Shown piece by piece: positions 10,884 to 22,510 of a stretch of 64,000 bases of DNA (the first letter of the stretch is position 1; the number at the start of each line of letters is the position of its first letter). Made by a program: the position numbers and the translations under genes. Below the pieces are notes generated by a model. The model was not told the DNA's origin and made no database searches. It was given only the letters and a program-made list of their open reading frames with translations. The DNA comes from Anaeromyxobacter sp. (GTDB lineage Bacteria > Myxococcota > Myxococcia > Myxococcales > Anaeromyxobacteraceae): positions 64,001 to 128,000 of the forward strand of contig JASGJN010000004.1 of NCBI GenBank assembly GCA_049840735.1, given 5' to 3'.

Positions 10884-12527
10884 CTACGTCGAGGCAGGCG
10901 CAGCCATCGTGAGGTGCTGCAGTGCTCCCACCGGGATCACACCGTGCTCCTCGATGGAGTCGGCCTCTGCCTGAGTTGGCGCACCCGTGACAGCGACGCC
11001 GATAACTTGGCCGTGTACGTTCAAGATCGGGCCGCCACTGTTCCCGTAAATGATCGGGGCGTTGACAAGGATGCGCTGTAGACCCGTCTTAGGGCGAAAG
11101 CCGGCGACATGCCCTTGGCGAACACCAACCGAATCACCCTTGTTGTGATTCGGGAAGCCCCACACCTCCACCTTATCAAGCAACTTCGGTGCTCGTTCGG
11201 CAGCAACGAGTGGGGGCGGGAGGCCAACCGGTTCTGGCAGGACACGAAAGATGGCCAAGTCGAGATCGTCATTCCTTGCAAGAACCTCAATCTCGAACTT
11301 CTTGGTGAGGTCGTCTCCCCGATAGGCCTGGCTGTTCGGTCGAAGAACGTGGGCGCATGTCACGAAGCCATAACCATCTAACCGAAAAGCGGTCCCTTGG
11401 TTATCGCCCTCACTCTCGACGACCCAGACATTCGCGTGCCGTGCGGCGAGCAACTCGTCCGGCAGTTCGGGCGCAAGCGCAACTTTGGGAGTTCCCGCGA
11501 GGTCATTGAACCACGAGCGCAGTCGCACGTACCCCGGATCGGCAGAACTGACGACGGACTCGAGAAACGCGAGGCGCCCGTGCAGCACGCGCTTGAAATC
11601 AGGAGGGGATCTGCCGGGCGCACGCCTCTTCTTGTTGTAACGAGCGAGATACTCCTCTCGAGCTGCCTCGAGACCAAATCGCTCCCAGGCATGAAGCATC
11701 GCCCGAATTTGCTTCCGCTTCCCCCGCACAACGTTCGGACGCACATTCACGACCAGCCCGGTCACCTGCTGGCGCCGCGCTCGACCAAACACCCTCACCT
11801 TCTTGGTGTTGGGCGCAAACCCGTTGGCGGCGAGTATTGCGGCGAGTTCCGTGCCTACCGCCCATCCCGATGCCGCGGGTATCACGACAGTCGGGTGAAC
11901 CTCTCCACGCCAAGTCGAGAAGGTTAGGTCATCTGCATATCGGGTGTACGTGTAGCGCCGCTTCGCTGCCAGTGCCATCAAGGCGCGGTCCAGCCTCCGG
12001 CTCACCATGTTCGAGATCACAGGAGACGAAGGCGCTCCCTGCGGCAAATGATTGTTGTGGCAGGCGATGTTTGCCAGGAACGCCGCAAGGTCCTTTCTGA
12101 ATTCGAACGGCTTCGCCCGAAACAAGCCGTAGACACGCCCAAAATTGATCGTCGTGAAGAAGTCGGCGATATTTACATTCACGACAAGACGTCTGGCGCC
12201 GTGCGGCGCAGCATTTGTCAGGATGCTGCGCTGAACGGCAAATCCGTGAACGGAGGCAGGCGGGCGATAGCACGCGAGAAGCACCTGACTGAGTTTCCGC
12301 TGAATGATTTTCAGAGCAGTCGCGGGCGCTTCTATTCTGCGCACGCCTCCACTCTTTTTCGGGATGTCGAACGCCACGTACCTCTTCGCCGGAGGCACCT
12401 GAAACAAGTGATAGACGAGTTGGGCGTAAGGAACATCGAGCAGCGCCGCCAGATCCCTCGGTGTCTTGCAGGCGTAGAACCGAGACGAGAGCTCCTCCGC
12501 CGGCCTCTCGAGACGTAGCGAACTCAT
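10884..12527 (-). CDS. Retron reverse transcriptase fused to a C-terminal trypsin-like serine protease (type XI-like)
   Basis: IPKKSGGVR, retron NAAPH, LPQGAPSSP, YADD (197-200), retron VTG. Protease TCAH393, D423 and GNS497GG. Confidence 0.92.
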   Translation of the reverse strand: MSSLRLERPAEELSSRFYACKTPRDLAALLDVPYAQLVYHLFQVPPAKRYVAFDIPKKSGGVRRIEAPATALKIIQRKLSQVLLACYRPPASVHGFAVQRSILTNAAPHGARRLVVNVNIADFFTTINFGRVYGLFRAKPFEFRKDLAAFLANIACHNNHLPQGAPSSPVISNMVSRRLDRALMALAAKRRYTYTRYADDLTFSTWRGEVHPTVVIPAASGWAVGTELAAILAANGFAPNTKKVRVFGRARRQQVTGLVVNVRPNVVRGKRKQIRAMLHAWERFGLEAAREEYLARYNKKRRAPGRSPPDFKRVLHGRLAFLESVVSSADPGYVRLRSWFNDLAGTPKVALAPELPDELLAARHANVWVVESEGDNQGTAFRLDGYGFVTCAHVLRPNSQAYRGDDLTKKFEIEVLARNDDLDLAIFRVLPEPVGLPPPLVAAERAPKLLDKVEVWGFPNHNKGDSVGVRQGHVAGFRPKTGLQRILVNAPIIYGNSGGPILNVHGQVIGVAVTGAPTQAEADSIEEHGVIPVGALQHLTMAAPAST

Positions 12528-12687
12528 GCGTGCGCTCGGCGGTGAATTCTACTTTCTGGCGACGGCGACGAACCGTGTATGGTCCTGCGCTCGGGTACTG
12601 CTCCGCTCGCGGCCGTAAGGATGACCTTCGGTGGTTGAGCCTGCCGCCGGATCAGCGGCAGCGATAGATTGCCCACCGAGCGCACGC
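12528..12687 (-). ncRNA. Retron msr-msd ncRNA
   Basis: 12-bp perfect inverted repeats GCGTGCGCTCGG (12528-12539) and CCGAGCGCACGC (12676-12687) enclose 160 nt that abut the RT ATG. Internal 9-bp hairpin at 12641-12661. Confidence 0.85.
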
Positions 12688-12693
12688 CTTCTG

Positions 12694-12721
12694 ACGGTAC
12701 ATCGGCGTGCCCGTATGTCAA
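12694..12721 (-). promoter_or_regulatory. Retron promoter
   Basis: Minus strand TTGACA (12721-12716), 16 bp, TACCGT (12699-12694), 6 nt before the first inverted-repeat arm. Confidence 0.7.
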
Positions 12722-12739
12722 GGATGCTATTGCTTTCTG

Positions 12740-13057
12740 CCGGGGTTGAGGAGCTGGTAGGCCACGAAGCCCGCCAGCCACGGGAGCATCATCAGGGGGC
12801 GCGGCGGCGCCTGGTCGCCCACGTCCCAGCGGCGGCGACGCAGCAGGAAGTAGTCCACCAGCAGCACCGCGTAGAGCGGCACGAAGACCGAGCCCAGCAG
12901 GAACAGGAACCCCTCGTACTGGACGATTCTCGGTGCCTAGGGCGAGCAGCGTGGCGAGCACGCCCACCGCCACGGCCACCGCCCGGCGGTCCAGCGACGG
13001 TCGGAAGTTCTGGGCCGAGACGGCGGTCGAGTACAGGTTGGCGAAGGCCTCGTCGCC
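12740..13057 (-). pseudogene. Internal fragment of a purine/cytosine (NCS1, CytX-like) permease
   Basis: DEAFANLYSTAVSAQN...QYEGFLFLLGSVFVPLYAVLLVDYFLL...PWLAGFVAYQLLNP over two frames, lacking both ends. Confidence 0.7.
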
Positions 13058-13187
13058 AAGGGGATACCAAGCGGCCGGAGAACGCCGGCGAAACCCGGCG
13101 AGCCGCTGGACTCCTCGCCAGACCCGCTGCCAGGATTTCCGCCGCCTTGCGAATCCCGACCACATCCACCCGACGTGATTTCACTGA

Positions 13188-13247
13188 CTGTCACGCCGGA
13201 GGCCAGGGGTTCGAGTCCCCTACACCCCGCCAGTAACGAGGCCGGGA
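13188..13247 (+). repeat. attR core (duplicated 3' half of tRNA-Asp; hairpin extension to 13291)
   Basis: Identical to 2754-2813. Confidence 0.93.
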
Positions 13248-13359
13248 TTCCTCGGGAAACCGAAGGGGTCCCGGCCTCGGTGTTTCTGGCGCCCTCGGCT
13301 CAAAGCCCCTGCCCGGCCCCTCGCCAGCGCTCCGGCACGCGCGCGCCATCACGACGCGG

Positions 13360-14493
13360 TCAGGGGTTCTCCTCCCCATCGAGATCGGGGTAGCGGGTGG
13401 CGAGGCAGTGCGGGCAGAGACCGTGCGTGAACGCGGCGTCGGTTCGCTCCTGCACGTACTGCTCCACCGGGCTCCAGTGGCCCCGGTCGTCGCGGATCTT
13501 CTTGCAGTGCATGCAGATGGGGAGGAGGCCGTGCAGCGTCTTGATCTGCGCCTCCGCCCTTCGTAGCTCCGCCTCGGTCCGCTTGCGCGCGGTGATGTCG
13601 CGGGCGATCACCAGCAGCTTGGTGGGCCGCCCCTGCGCGTCGCGGATGAGGGAGCTGTTCACCTCGATGTCGAAGGTGGTGCCGTCCTTTCGCAGCCCGC
13701 GGTACTCGCTGGGGCCGGACGCGAGCCCCTGGAAGAGGAGCGCCACCCTGGACATGGCGCGCGCCCGGTCCTCGGGGACGAGGAAGTCCGTGACCTTGAG
13801 TCCCTTTCCCTGTTCGGCGGAGTCGTAGCCGAACAAGGGCACGGCGTTGGGCGAGACCATCAGCACGCGCCCTTCCAGGTCGGCGATGGTGATGTCGTCA
13901 GGCGACGCGTCCAGGATCGACCGGTAGAGCGTCTCGCTGTCCCGGAGCCGCTCCTCGGCCAGCTTGCGCTCCGCGACCTCGCGGGCCAGCACCGCGTTCG
14001 CCTCGGACAGCTGCGCGGTCCGCTCGGCGACGAGCCGCTCCAGGTCCTCGTTCCGGGCCACCAGCTCCCTCAGCGGGTAGACCTCGCCCTCGCGGACCAG
14101 GTGGTAGGGGATGGAGATGCTGCTGTGCGAGATCTTCCAGCCGGCGGCCTCCTTCCGGAAGATGAGCACAAGCCGGGCGGTCTCCCGCGAGAGGATGTGG
14201 TCCTTGATCGGGAGGTGGATGACGAAGAAGCTGGTGGCGACCGCGATGGTCTCGGACAGCGACAGGAGCGAGAAGTCCTTGAGCTCGAGGCGGAGCGGCT
14301 TCGGGACCTGGGCGAAGTCCTGCCGGGTGATCGCCACCCACGCCGCGCGGTCCTTGACGAGGAAGTCTCCACCGCCCGTGAAGCCGGAGAAGTCCTCGCT
14401 GAACGACTCGGTGAGCCGGTCGTCACGGTTGGCGTACTTCCGGAGGTAGTCGTCGAGCAGCTGCCGGAGGGTCTGCTGGTCGCTGGAGTCCAT
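13360..14493 (-). CDS. SnoaL/NTF2-like + PAS domain protein with a Cys-rich tail
   Basis: NTF2-like N-terminus (WKISHSSIS), coiled coil, PAS/PAC (RKDGTTF...ARDITARK), tail ICMHCKKIRD...HGLCPHC. Confidence 0.75.
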   Translation of the reverse strand: MDSSDQQTLRQLLDDYLRKYANRDDRLTESFSEDFSGFTGGGDFLVKDRAAWVAITRQDFAQVPKPLRLELKDFSLLSLSETIAVATSFFVIHLPIKDHILSRETARLVLIFRKEAAGWKISHSSISIPYHLVREGEVYPLRELVARNEDLERLVAERTAQLSEANAVLAREVAERKLAEERLRDSETLYRSILDASPDDITIADLEGRVLMVSPNAVPLFGYDSAEQGKGLKVTDFLVPEDRARAMSRVALLFQGLASGPSEYRGLRKDGTTFDIEVNSSLIRDAQGRPTKLLVIARDITARKRTEAELRRAEAQIKTLHGLLPICMHCKKIRDDRGHWSPVEQYVQERTDAAFTHGLCPHCLATRYPDLDGEENP

Positions 14494-14674
14494 GATTTCC
14501 TTGGCCATCGCGCGCGCCGAGTCGAGCGGCGCGGTGCCACCCGAGCGACTGCCCCCAGCCCTGGTCAACCACCAGTCTCCCTCCGCGCGCGCGGGGTCAA
14601 GGGTGATCGATCGCCGCAGGCGTGGCGTCAGTGGGATGACGGCAAGCGGCCGTGTGTTCGCCCTCGTGCGCCGC

Positions 14675-16042
<1,368 letters not shown>

Positions 16043-18126
16043 GCGCTTGCTCCTGCCCGGACGCCGCGAGCAGGGGCCAGGAGAGCACCACCGTCGTGCC
16101 CAGCCCCTCCTCGCTCTCCAGGTCGATCTCGCCGCCGTGGTTCCGCACGATCTGCGCCGCCACCGTGAGCCCCAGGCCCGTGCCCTTGCCGCGCTTCTTG
16201 GTCGTGAAGAACGGGTCGAACACCCGGTGCCGCAGCTCCTCGGGAACGCCCGCTCCGTCGTCGGCGACCTCGATCGCGGCGAGGCGCCCGCGGACCGCGG
16301 AGCGCGCCCGGATCCAGACGTGGCCCCCCTCGGCGCAGGCGTGGATCGCGTTCAGCACGAGGTTGACCAGCACCTGGTTCAGCTGATCCGGGTTCGCGGC
16401 CAGCGGGGGGAGGTTGGGCGGGAGCTCCAGGACCACCGCGACCTTGCGCTTGCGGGCCTCGAACGCGAGCAGCTCCGCCACCGTCACCGCTGCGGCGCCG
16501 AGCTCCACCGCGGTCACGTCGGCCTGGGAGACCCGGGCGAAGTCGAGGAGCTGCTGGATGGTCCGGGCGATGCGGTCGATCTCCTCCAGGATGACCCGCG
16601 TGCTCCCCTTCGCCTCCGCCTGCTCCGGGGCGAGCGCCTGGTCGAGCATCTCCGCCCGACCGCGGACGACGCCGAGCGGCGTCCCCACCTCGTGGGCAAT
16701 CCCGGAGGCGATGACGCCCACGGTGGCGAGCTTCTCGGCCCGCAGGAGCTGGGAGGAGAGCTCGCGGAGGTCCGTCACGTCCTCCAGGACGACCAGCAGG
16801 CTCATGTCCGGGAGCGGGTGCGGGAGCGGCACGGCGTGGATCCCGAACGAGCGGGCCCGGGAGAGGGAGAGCGGCTGGGCTTGCAGGTGCTGGACCGCCC
16901 CGGTGGCGCGGGCCTCGCTGACCAGCCCCCGCAGCGCGGCCACGGCGGACGGCGCCGCCTCCGGGAAGGCCTGGCCCAGCTCGCCCCCCACCTCGGAGCG
17001 TGGGAACCGCTGCCGGGCCTCGACGTTCAGCCCGGAGACGCGCCCCTCCTCGTCCAGCGCCATGACCGCGACCGGGACGTTCTCCAGGATCTTCTCCGCC
17101 TTCTCGCGCAGCCGGGCCACCTGCTCCGCGGCCCGCAGCCGCTCCTGGACGGCGATGCTCCTCCGGGCCGCCAGCACCAGGTAGACGGAGAGACCGATCA
17201 GCGCCGAGGCGAAGACGCCGGCGAGGAGCGCCATGCGCATCACGATGGCCCGCTCCTGCGACTCCAGGGCTGCCGTGGACTCCAGGACGCCCACCGACCA
17301 GTGGCCCGCGCCGTCGGCGGTCCGGACGGGAACGAACACCGCCACCGCGTCGGCCGGCTCGAGCCCGACCGCCGCCGCCGTGTCGCGCGACAGGTCGAGC
17401 GTCCCGGTGTGCCCGGCCCGCATCGCGCTGAGCAGGTCGGCGAGGGGACCTCGATCGGCTTCCGGCGCGCCCGCCATGGCCGCGAGCGCCGGGTCGGTGA
17501 TGGGCGCTGGGCTCCCGTGCGGGCCGATGAGGATGAGCTTCCCGCCGCCGCCTGGAGCCACCAGCCGGAGGCGCTCGAAGGTCGCCTGCTGGTCGGCCAG
17601 GATCACCACGGCGCCGCGGGCCTCGCCCTCCCGGACGAGCGGCATGGCGAAGGCGCGGTGCCAGGGGGACGCCTCGTTGCCCAGCGGCGGGGAGATCGCC
17701 ATGCCCTGCCGGGCGAGCGCGGCCATGGCGGTCGCGCGCACCGACTCCGCATACGGCCGGCGCGACCACCACCGCGCGACGGCGGGGTCGATCACCACCA
17801 CGCGCTCGCGGCCCTGGGCGTCGTACACCACCACCATCCGGTAGGTGCGGACCACCGAGACCAGCGCCTCGAGCTCGCGGCGCTGGTCGTTCCCGGAGTC
17901 GGTGGCGTCCACCAGCCGGCTCGCCAGCTCGAGGTGCTTCCGCACGTCGCCGAGCTCGGCCTCGATCTCCCGGACGGCGATCCGGACCCTCACCAGGTGC
18001 TCGTCCGCGAAGGACTTCACCAGCGCGGCGCGATCGCGCCGGGCCGTCTGGTACGCGAACCACCCCACGCCCAGCAGGACGAGGGCGGTGATGGCCACGG
18101 CGATCCAGCTTCCCCGCTGCATGGTC

Positions 18127-20378
18127 TCAACCCGCCTCGACCGAGCGGAGGCCGAAGGCCAGCCGGGTCGCGAGCCGCTCCTGCTTCCGCACCCGGGCGG
18201 CGTCGGAGAGCATCCGCCCCGCCCACCGGTAGACGTTGAAGTCCGCGACCTGGGCCCGGAGCGCGCGCATGCGCTCCGCCTGCTCCGGCCCGGGCATGGC
18301 CAGGGCGGTCGCCAGGGCGGCGCTGGCCTCCTCGAGGTCGTAGGGGTTCACGAGGAGGGCCTCCGAGAGGTCGCGAGCGGCGCCTGTGAAGCGGCTCAGC
18401 ACCAGCACCCCCCGCTCGTCCTCGCGGGCGGCCACGAACTCCTTGGCCACCAGGTTCATGCCATCGTGCAGGCTGCTGACGTAGCACAGGTCCGCCGCGC
18501 GGAGGTACGTGAAGATGGCCGGCGGCTCGTGGTGCGCCCGGTGCAGCACCACCGGCCGGTAGGCCCCGGCGGCGAACCGGCCGTTGATGCGCTCGGCGAG
18601 CGCCTCCACCCGCTGGTTGAGCTCGCGGTACTCCGCGATGAGCGTGCGGCTCGGCGCCGCGAGCTGGACGAAGGTGAACCGGCCGCGCAGGTGGGGGAAC
18701 CGCTCCAGCGCCCGCTCCACCGCGAGCAGGCGCTCCTCGATGCCCTTCGTGTAGTCCAGCCGGTCCACCCCCACACCGATCAGCGCGTCCTCCCGGAGCC
18801 CGAGCTCGGCGATCACCTTGCGGCGGCACTCCGGGACGGGCGGCGCCGACGCGGCCCACTGGTTCGGCCACTCGATCGAGATCGGATACGAGCGCACCAG
18901 CGTCTCGCGCCCCCCAGCACCACCGACATCCGCTCCCGGTCGATGCGGGCCTCGAGGAACCTATCCACGCACTCCAGGAAGTTGTTGCAGTGCTGCTGGG
19001 TGTGGAAGCCCACGATGCTCGACCCGAGCATGCCCTCCAGCAGCTCGCGCGCCCACGGGCAGACGCCGAAGCGCTCGGCGCTGGGCCAGGGGATGTGCCA
19101 GAACGCGATCACGGTGGCGCGCGGGAGGTGCTGGCGGATCAGCCGGGGGGCAAGGGCGAAGTGGTAGTCCTGGACCAGCACGATGGGATCCGGCCCCTCC
19201 ACCTCCTCGCTCACGGCGGCGGCGAACCGCCCGTTGACGCGCTCGTAGTGGCGCCAGTCGGCGGCGCGGAAGGAGGGCCGGGTGTAGACCAGGTGGCAGA
19301 GCGGCCACAGGCCCTCGTTCGCGAACCCGTAGTAGTAGCCGCGCTCCTCGGCCTGCGAGAGCCAGACCCGTCGGATGGCATACGACTCCTCACCCGGCGG
19401 GACACGCACACGATCGTCGCGATCCACGGCGGCGCGGTCGGCGGTGCCGCTCCCGTGCGCCACCCACACGCCCGAGCAGGCCCGCATGACCGGCTCGAGC
19501 GCGGTCACCAGGCCGCTCGCCGGGTGGGCCACCCGGACCGACCCATCCTGCGTCCGCTCGTGGATGTACGGCTCGCGGTTGGCCAGGATCACCACGCCCT
19601 CGCCGTCCAGCGACTCGGTGAGCGTGCGGTGGAGCCGCTCGGGCGTCCACCGGCCCGCGCTGGCGGTGCCCTGGTCAGCCACCAGCTCGGCCATCGCGGC
19701 GCGGAGATCCGAGAGGAGCGGGGCGAACTTCTTGGAGTCGGTCGCCAGCCCGGGCAGGTCGAGCAAGCCGCCGAAGCGGAGCACCCGGCGCAGCTCCCTG
19801 GTCCACCCCATCCAGCTGAAGCGGCGCACCACCACGGTGCCGACGGAGGCGAGGAACGCGACCAGCGCGAAGGTGAGGATGGTGAACCGCCTCATCGAAG
19901 ACTCGCGACGCACCACGAAGCCGAGATCGTGGACCACGACCAGCTCCGCCGAGATCCGGTCGTCGTCCGCCAGCGGAACGATCGAGACGTGGACGAGCCC
20001 TCCGTCCGGACGTTCGACCAGGTCGGACCCGCCGGGAGCGACCGGCTGGTCGATCCGGCCCGCCAGGCCCTCGCACAGATAGGGGGCGGCGAGCGCTTCG
20101 GTGTGGGCCAGCGTGGTCATCTCGGGCGAGCACAGGGCCGCGCCCACGATGCGATCGTTGCGAGCGATCTCGTCCAGCACGCGCCGGAGGCGCCGGCCAT
20201 CCTGGGCCCCGGCGTGTGTGAGCAGCGCATCCCGGGCGCCGCCCGCGACCAGGCGGGCCCTGAGCGCGACGTCGCGCTCGAACCACGTCCGCGTGGTGTC
20301 GTTCACGATCGTGGTGGCGCCCCATGCGAGCGCCCCGAGCAGCAGGAGCAACGGTCCCAGCACCTTCAATCCGTCCAT
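18127..20378 (-). CDS. otsA: Trehalose-6-phosphate synthase with an N-terminal membrane/periplasmic extension (apparent frameshift near 18910)
   Basis: [48 protein letters not shown]. Confidence 0.88.
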
Positions 20379-20615
20379 CGGCACCTCTCCAAAGCCCACC
20401 CGCCATCGCAATCTGCGAGGGCGGCCTTGCAGAACGCGACACCACACCCGGCCGGCCCGGCCTGCCGGTGCGCGCCGTGTACGAGCGCGCCGGCCTCCGG
20501 CTGCGTGGTGTGCAGGATCCACGCCCATTCCACCTGCCGCTGGCGGGCGGAGAGAGGGCCCCGGCCCCGCGCTTGCAAACGGGACGTGCCATCCACCCGA
20601 CCGAGGAGCCCCGCC

Positions 20616-21422
20616 GTGACGAACACCCCGCAGCCCATCCCCATCCTCACGTCTGGCGCGGCCATGTTCGCGGAGATCGCGCGAGCCCGCGCCCTGCTGG
20701 CCTTCGACTTCGACGGCACGCTGGCGCCCATCGTCGATGATCCCTCCCGGGCGCGGATGCGACCGGACACCTGGGCCCTGCTGCGCGCGACCGCCCTGCT
20801 GTTCCCCTGCGCGGTGATCTCCGGGCGCGCCCGGCCTGACGTCGCGGCGAGGCTCGAGAACATCCCGCTCGCCGCGGTGGTCGGAAACCACGGTGCGGAG
20901 CCGGGGCTGGGGCCGATCGACCGCAGCCTCCAGCTGCAGTGCCGCTTGTGGGCCCAGGAGCTCGAGTCCGCGCTGGCAGACGTCCCTGGACTGGAGGTCG
21001 AGCAGAAGCGGCTCGGGCTCGCGGTCCACTACCGCCGCGCTCCGGACTGGCCCGCGGCGGAGCAGCGGATCCGCGACGCCGTGCGCGAGCTCGAGGGCGC
21101 GCGGGTCTTCGGCGGCCATGCGGTGGTCAACGTCCATCCCGCGGAGGCGCCGGACAAGGGTGACGCCCTCGCGGCGCTGCAGGAGCGGTTCGACGCGCCG
21201 CTGGCGGTCTACGTCGGTGACGACGTCACGGACGAGGACGCGTTCTCCCGGCCGAAGGTGGTGTCGATCCGCGTTGGCTCAGCCGGACCTTCGGTGGCGC
21301 GGTTCTGCATCTCCAGCCAGGAGGAGGTGGATGACCTGCTGCGAGCGCTGATCGCCGCGCGCGCACAGGAGGACGGGCTGGGCGACCGCTGGCAGGGGCT
21401 CGTCCGGGTCCTCGCGCTCTAG
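20616..21422 (+). CDS. otsB: Trehalose-6-phosphate phosphatase
   Basis: HAD motifs FDFDGTLAP and YVGDDVTDEDAF, divergent from otsA. Confidence 0.88.
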   Translation: MTNTPQPIPILTSGAAMFAEIARARALLAFDFDGTLAPIVDDPSRARMRPDTWALLRATALLFPCAVISGRARPDVAARLENIPLAAVVGNHGAEPGLGPIDRSLQLQCRLWAQELESALADVPGLEVEQKRLGLAVHYRRAPDWPAAEQRIRDAVRELEGARVFGGHAVVNVHPAEAPDKGDALAALQERFDAPLAVYVGDDVTDEDAFSRPKVVSIRVGSAGPSVARFCISSQEEVDDLLRALIAARAQEDGLGDRWQGLVRVLAL

Positions 21423-21430
21423 AGGACTCC

Positions 21431-22510
21431 TCAGCCTTCCTGCAGCGCCGGCACGGGATCGCGCACCGCAGCGCACCAGGCGACGGGCCACGCCGCCAGG
21501 ATGGCAAGGACCGGGGCGGCGAGCACGAGCGAGGCGAGCGGGCCTGGGTGAGACGCGAGCATTCCCGCGAAGCCTGGGGTCTGGGCAGCCACCACGGCCG
21601 CTCCGACCCCGACACCGAGCGTGGAGCCGGCCGCGGCGATGACCAGCGAACGCCCGACGATCACGAAGCCGAGCAGGCGTCGCGGGGCGCCGATGGCGAC
21701 CAGGGTGGCGAGCTCCAGGACGCGCTCCGCCGCGTCGAGGTGGGCGGCGATGAGCAGGCAGAGCCCGCCGGTCAGCGCGAACAGGAGCAGCGTCATGGCC
21801 CGGTGACGCGCGAGGGAGCCGGGCAGCTCCACCGCCGCCACCGCTCCCAGGTCGTGCCGGACCACGGTCACCCCAGGCACCCGCTCGCCGATCCTGGCGG
21901 CGGCCCGGGCTGGATCCGCGCCGGCCCGCAGGTAGACCCTGAGGACGTTGGACTGCGAAGGCGCACCGGGGAGCGCCAGGGCGCGCTCCAGCGGCAGCAG
22001 GACCGCCACGTCCTCGAGGCTGCCGCTCGCCGGCCTGCTCCCGGCGATGAACCCCGGCTCACCTGCGATCCTCACCGGTCCGGATGACCCCACGCGCCTG
22101 ACGAGCTCGACGCCGACCTGCGCGCCGGCGTGCGCCTCGCTCGGCCACGCCTCGAGCCCCATCACCGGGGTGGGGTGCCCTCCGACGTCGGCGAGGAACA
22201 GGAGCCGGAGCTCGAGCCGCCGGACGTCGCTGCCCAGCGCCTCCTCCACGCGCTCCGCCGTCGCCGCCGGAAGGCCGGCCAGGCCCAGCTCGGCCGTGGC
22301 CAGGGCTCCCGCCGTTCCTCCTGCCGGCACCACCGTGAGCGCCGGCCCCATGGCGTCGACCTGCGCCGCGACCGCGTCCTCCCGGGCCAGCGAGAAGAGC
22401 TGCATGGCGGTGACCGCAGCGGCCAGCGCCGCCACCACCGCGCCGAAGAGTCCGGCGCTTCGCCAGCGCGTGCGGAGCTCGCGCCGGATCAGCCACCCGG
22501 CGGTGCTCAT
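21431..22510 (-). CDS. FtsX/MacB-type ABC permease
   Basis: TM, periplasmic domain, ELATLVAIGA and C-terminal TMs. Coupled to the ATPase. Confidence 0.75.
   Translation of the reverse strand: MSTAGWLIRRELRTRWRSAGLFGAVVAALAAAVTAMQLFSLAREDAVAAQVDAMGPALTVVPAGGTAGALATAELGLAGLPAATAERVEEALGSDVRRLELRLLFLADVGGHPTPVMGLEAWPSEAHAGAQVGVELVRRVGSSGPVRIAGEPGFIAGSRPASGSLEDVAVLLPLERALALPGAPSQSNVLRVYLRAGADPARAAARIGERVPGVTVVRHDLGAVAAVELPGSLARHRAMTLLLFALTGGLCLLIAAHLDAAERVLELATLVAIGAPRRLLGFVIVGRSLVIAAAGSTLGVGVGAAVVAAQTPGFAGMLASHPGPLASLVLAAPVLAILAAWPVAWCAAVRDPVPALQEG

Noticed and set aside
10884..12527. Group II intron or DGR reverse transcriptase
   Set aside because: It has retron NAxxH/VTG motifs and an inverted-repeat-bounded upstream RNA. 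No maturase, intron structure or TR/VR pair was seen.
13188..13232. Second tRNA-Asp gene
   Set aside because: Only the 3' half from the anticodon loop is present. It is attR.
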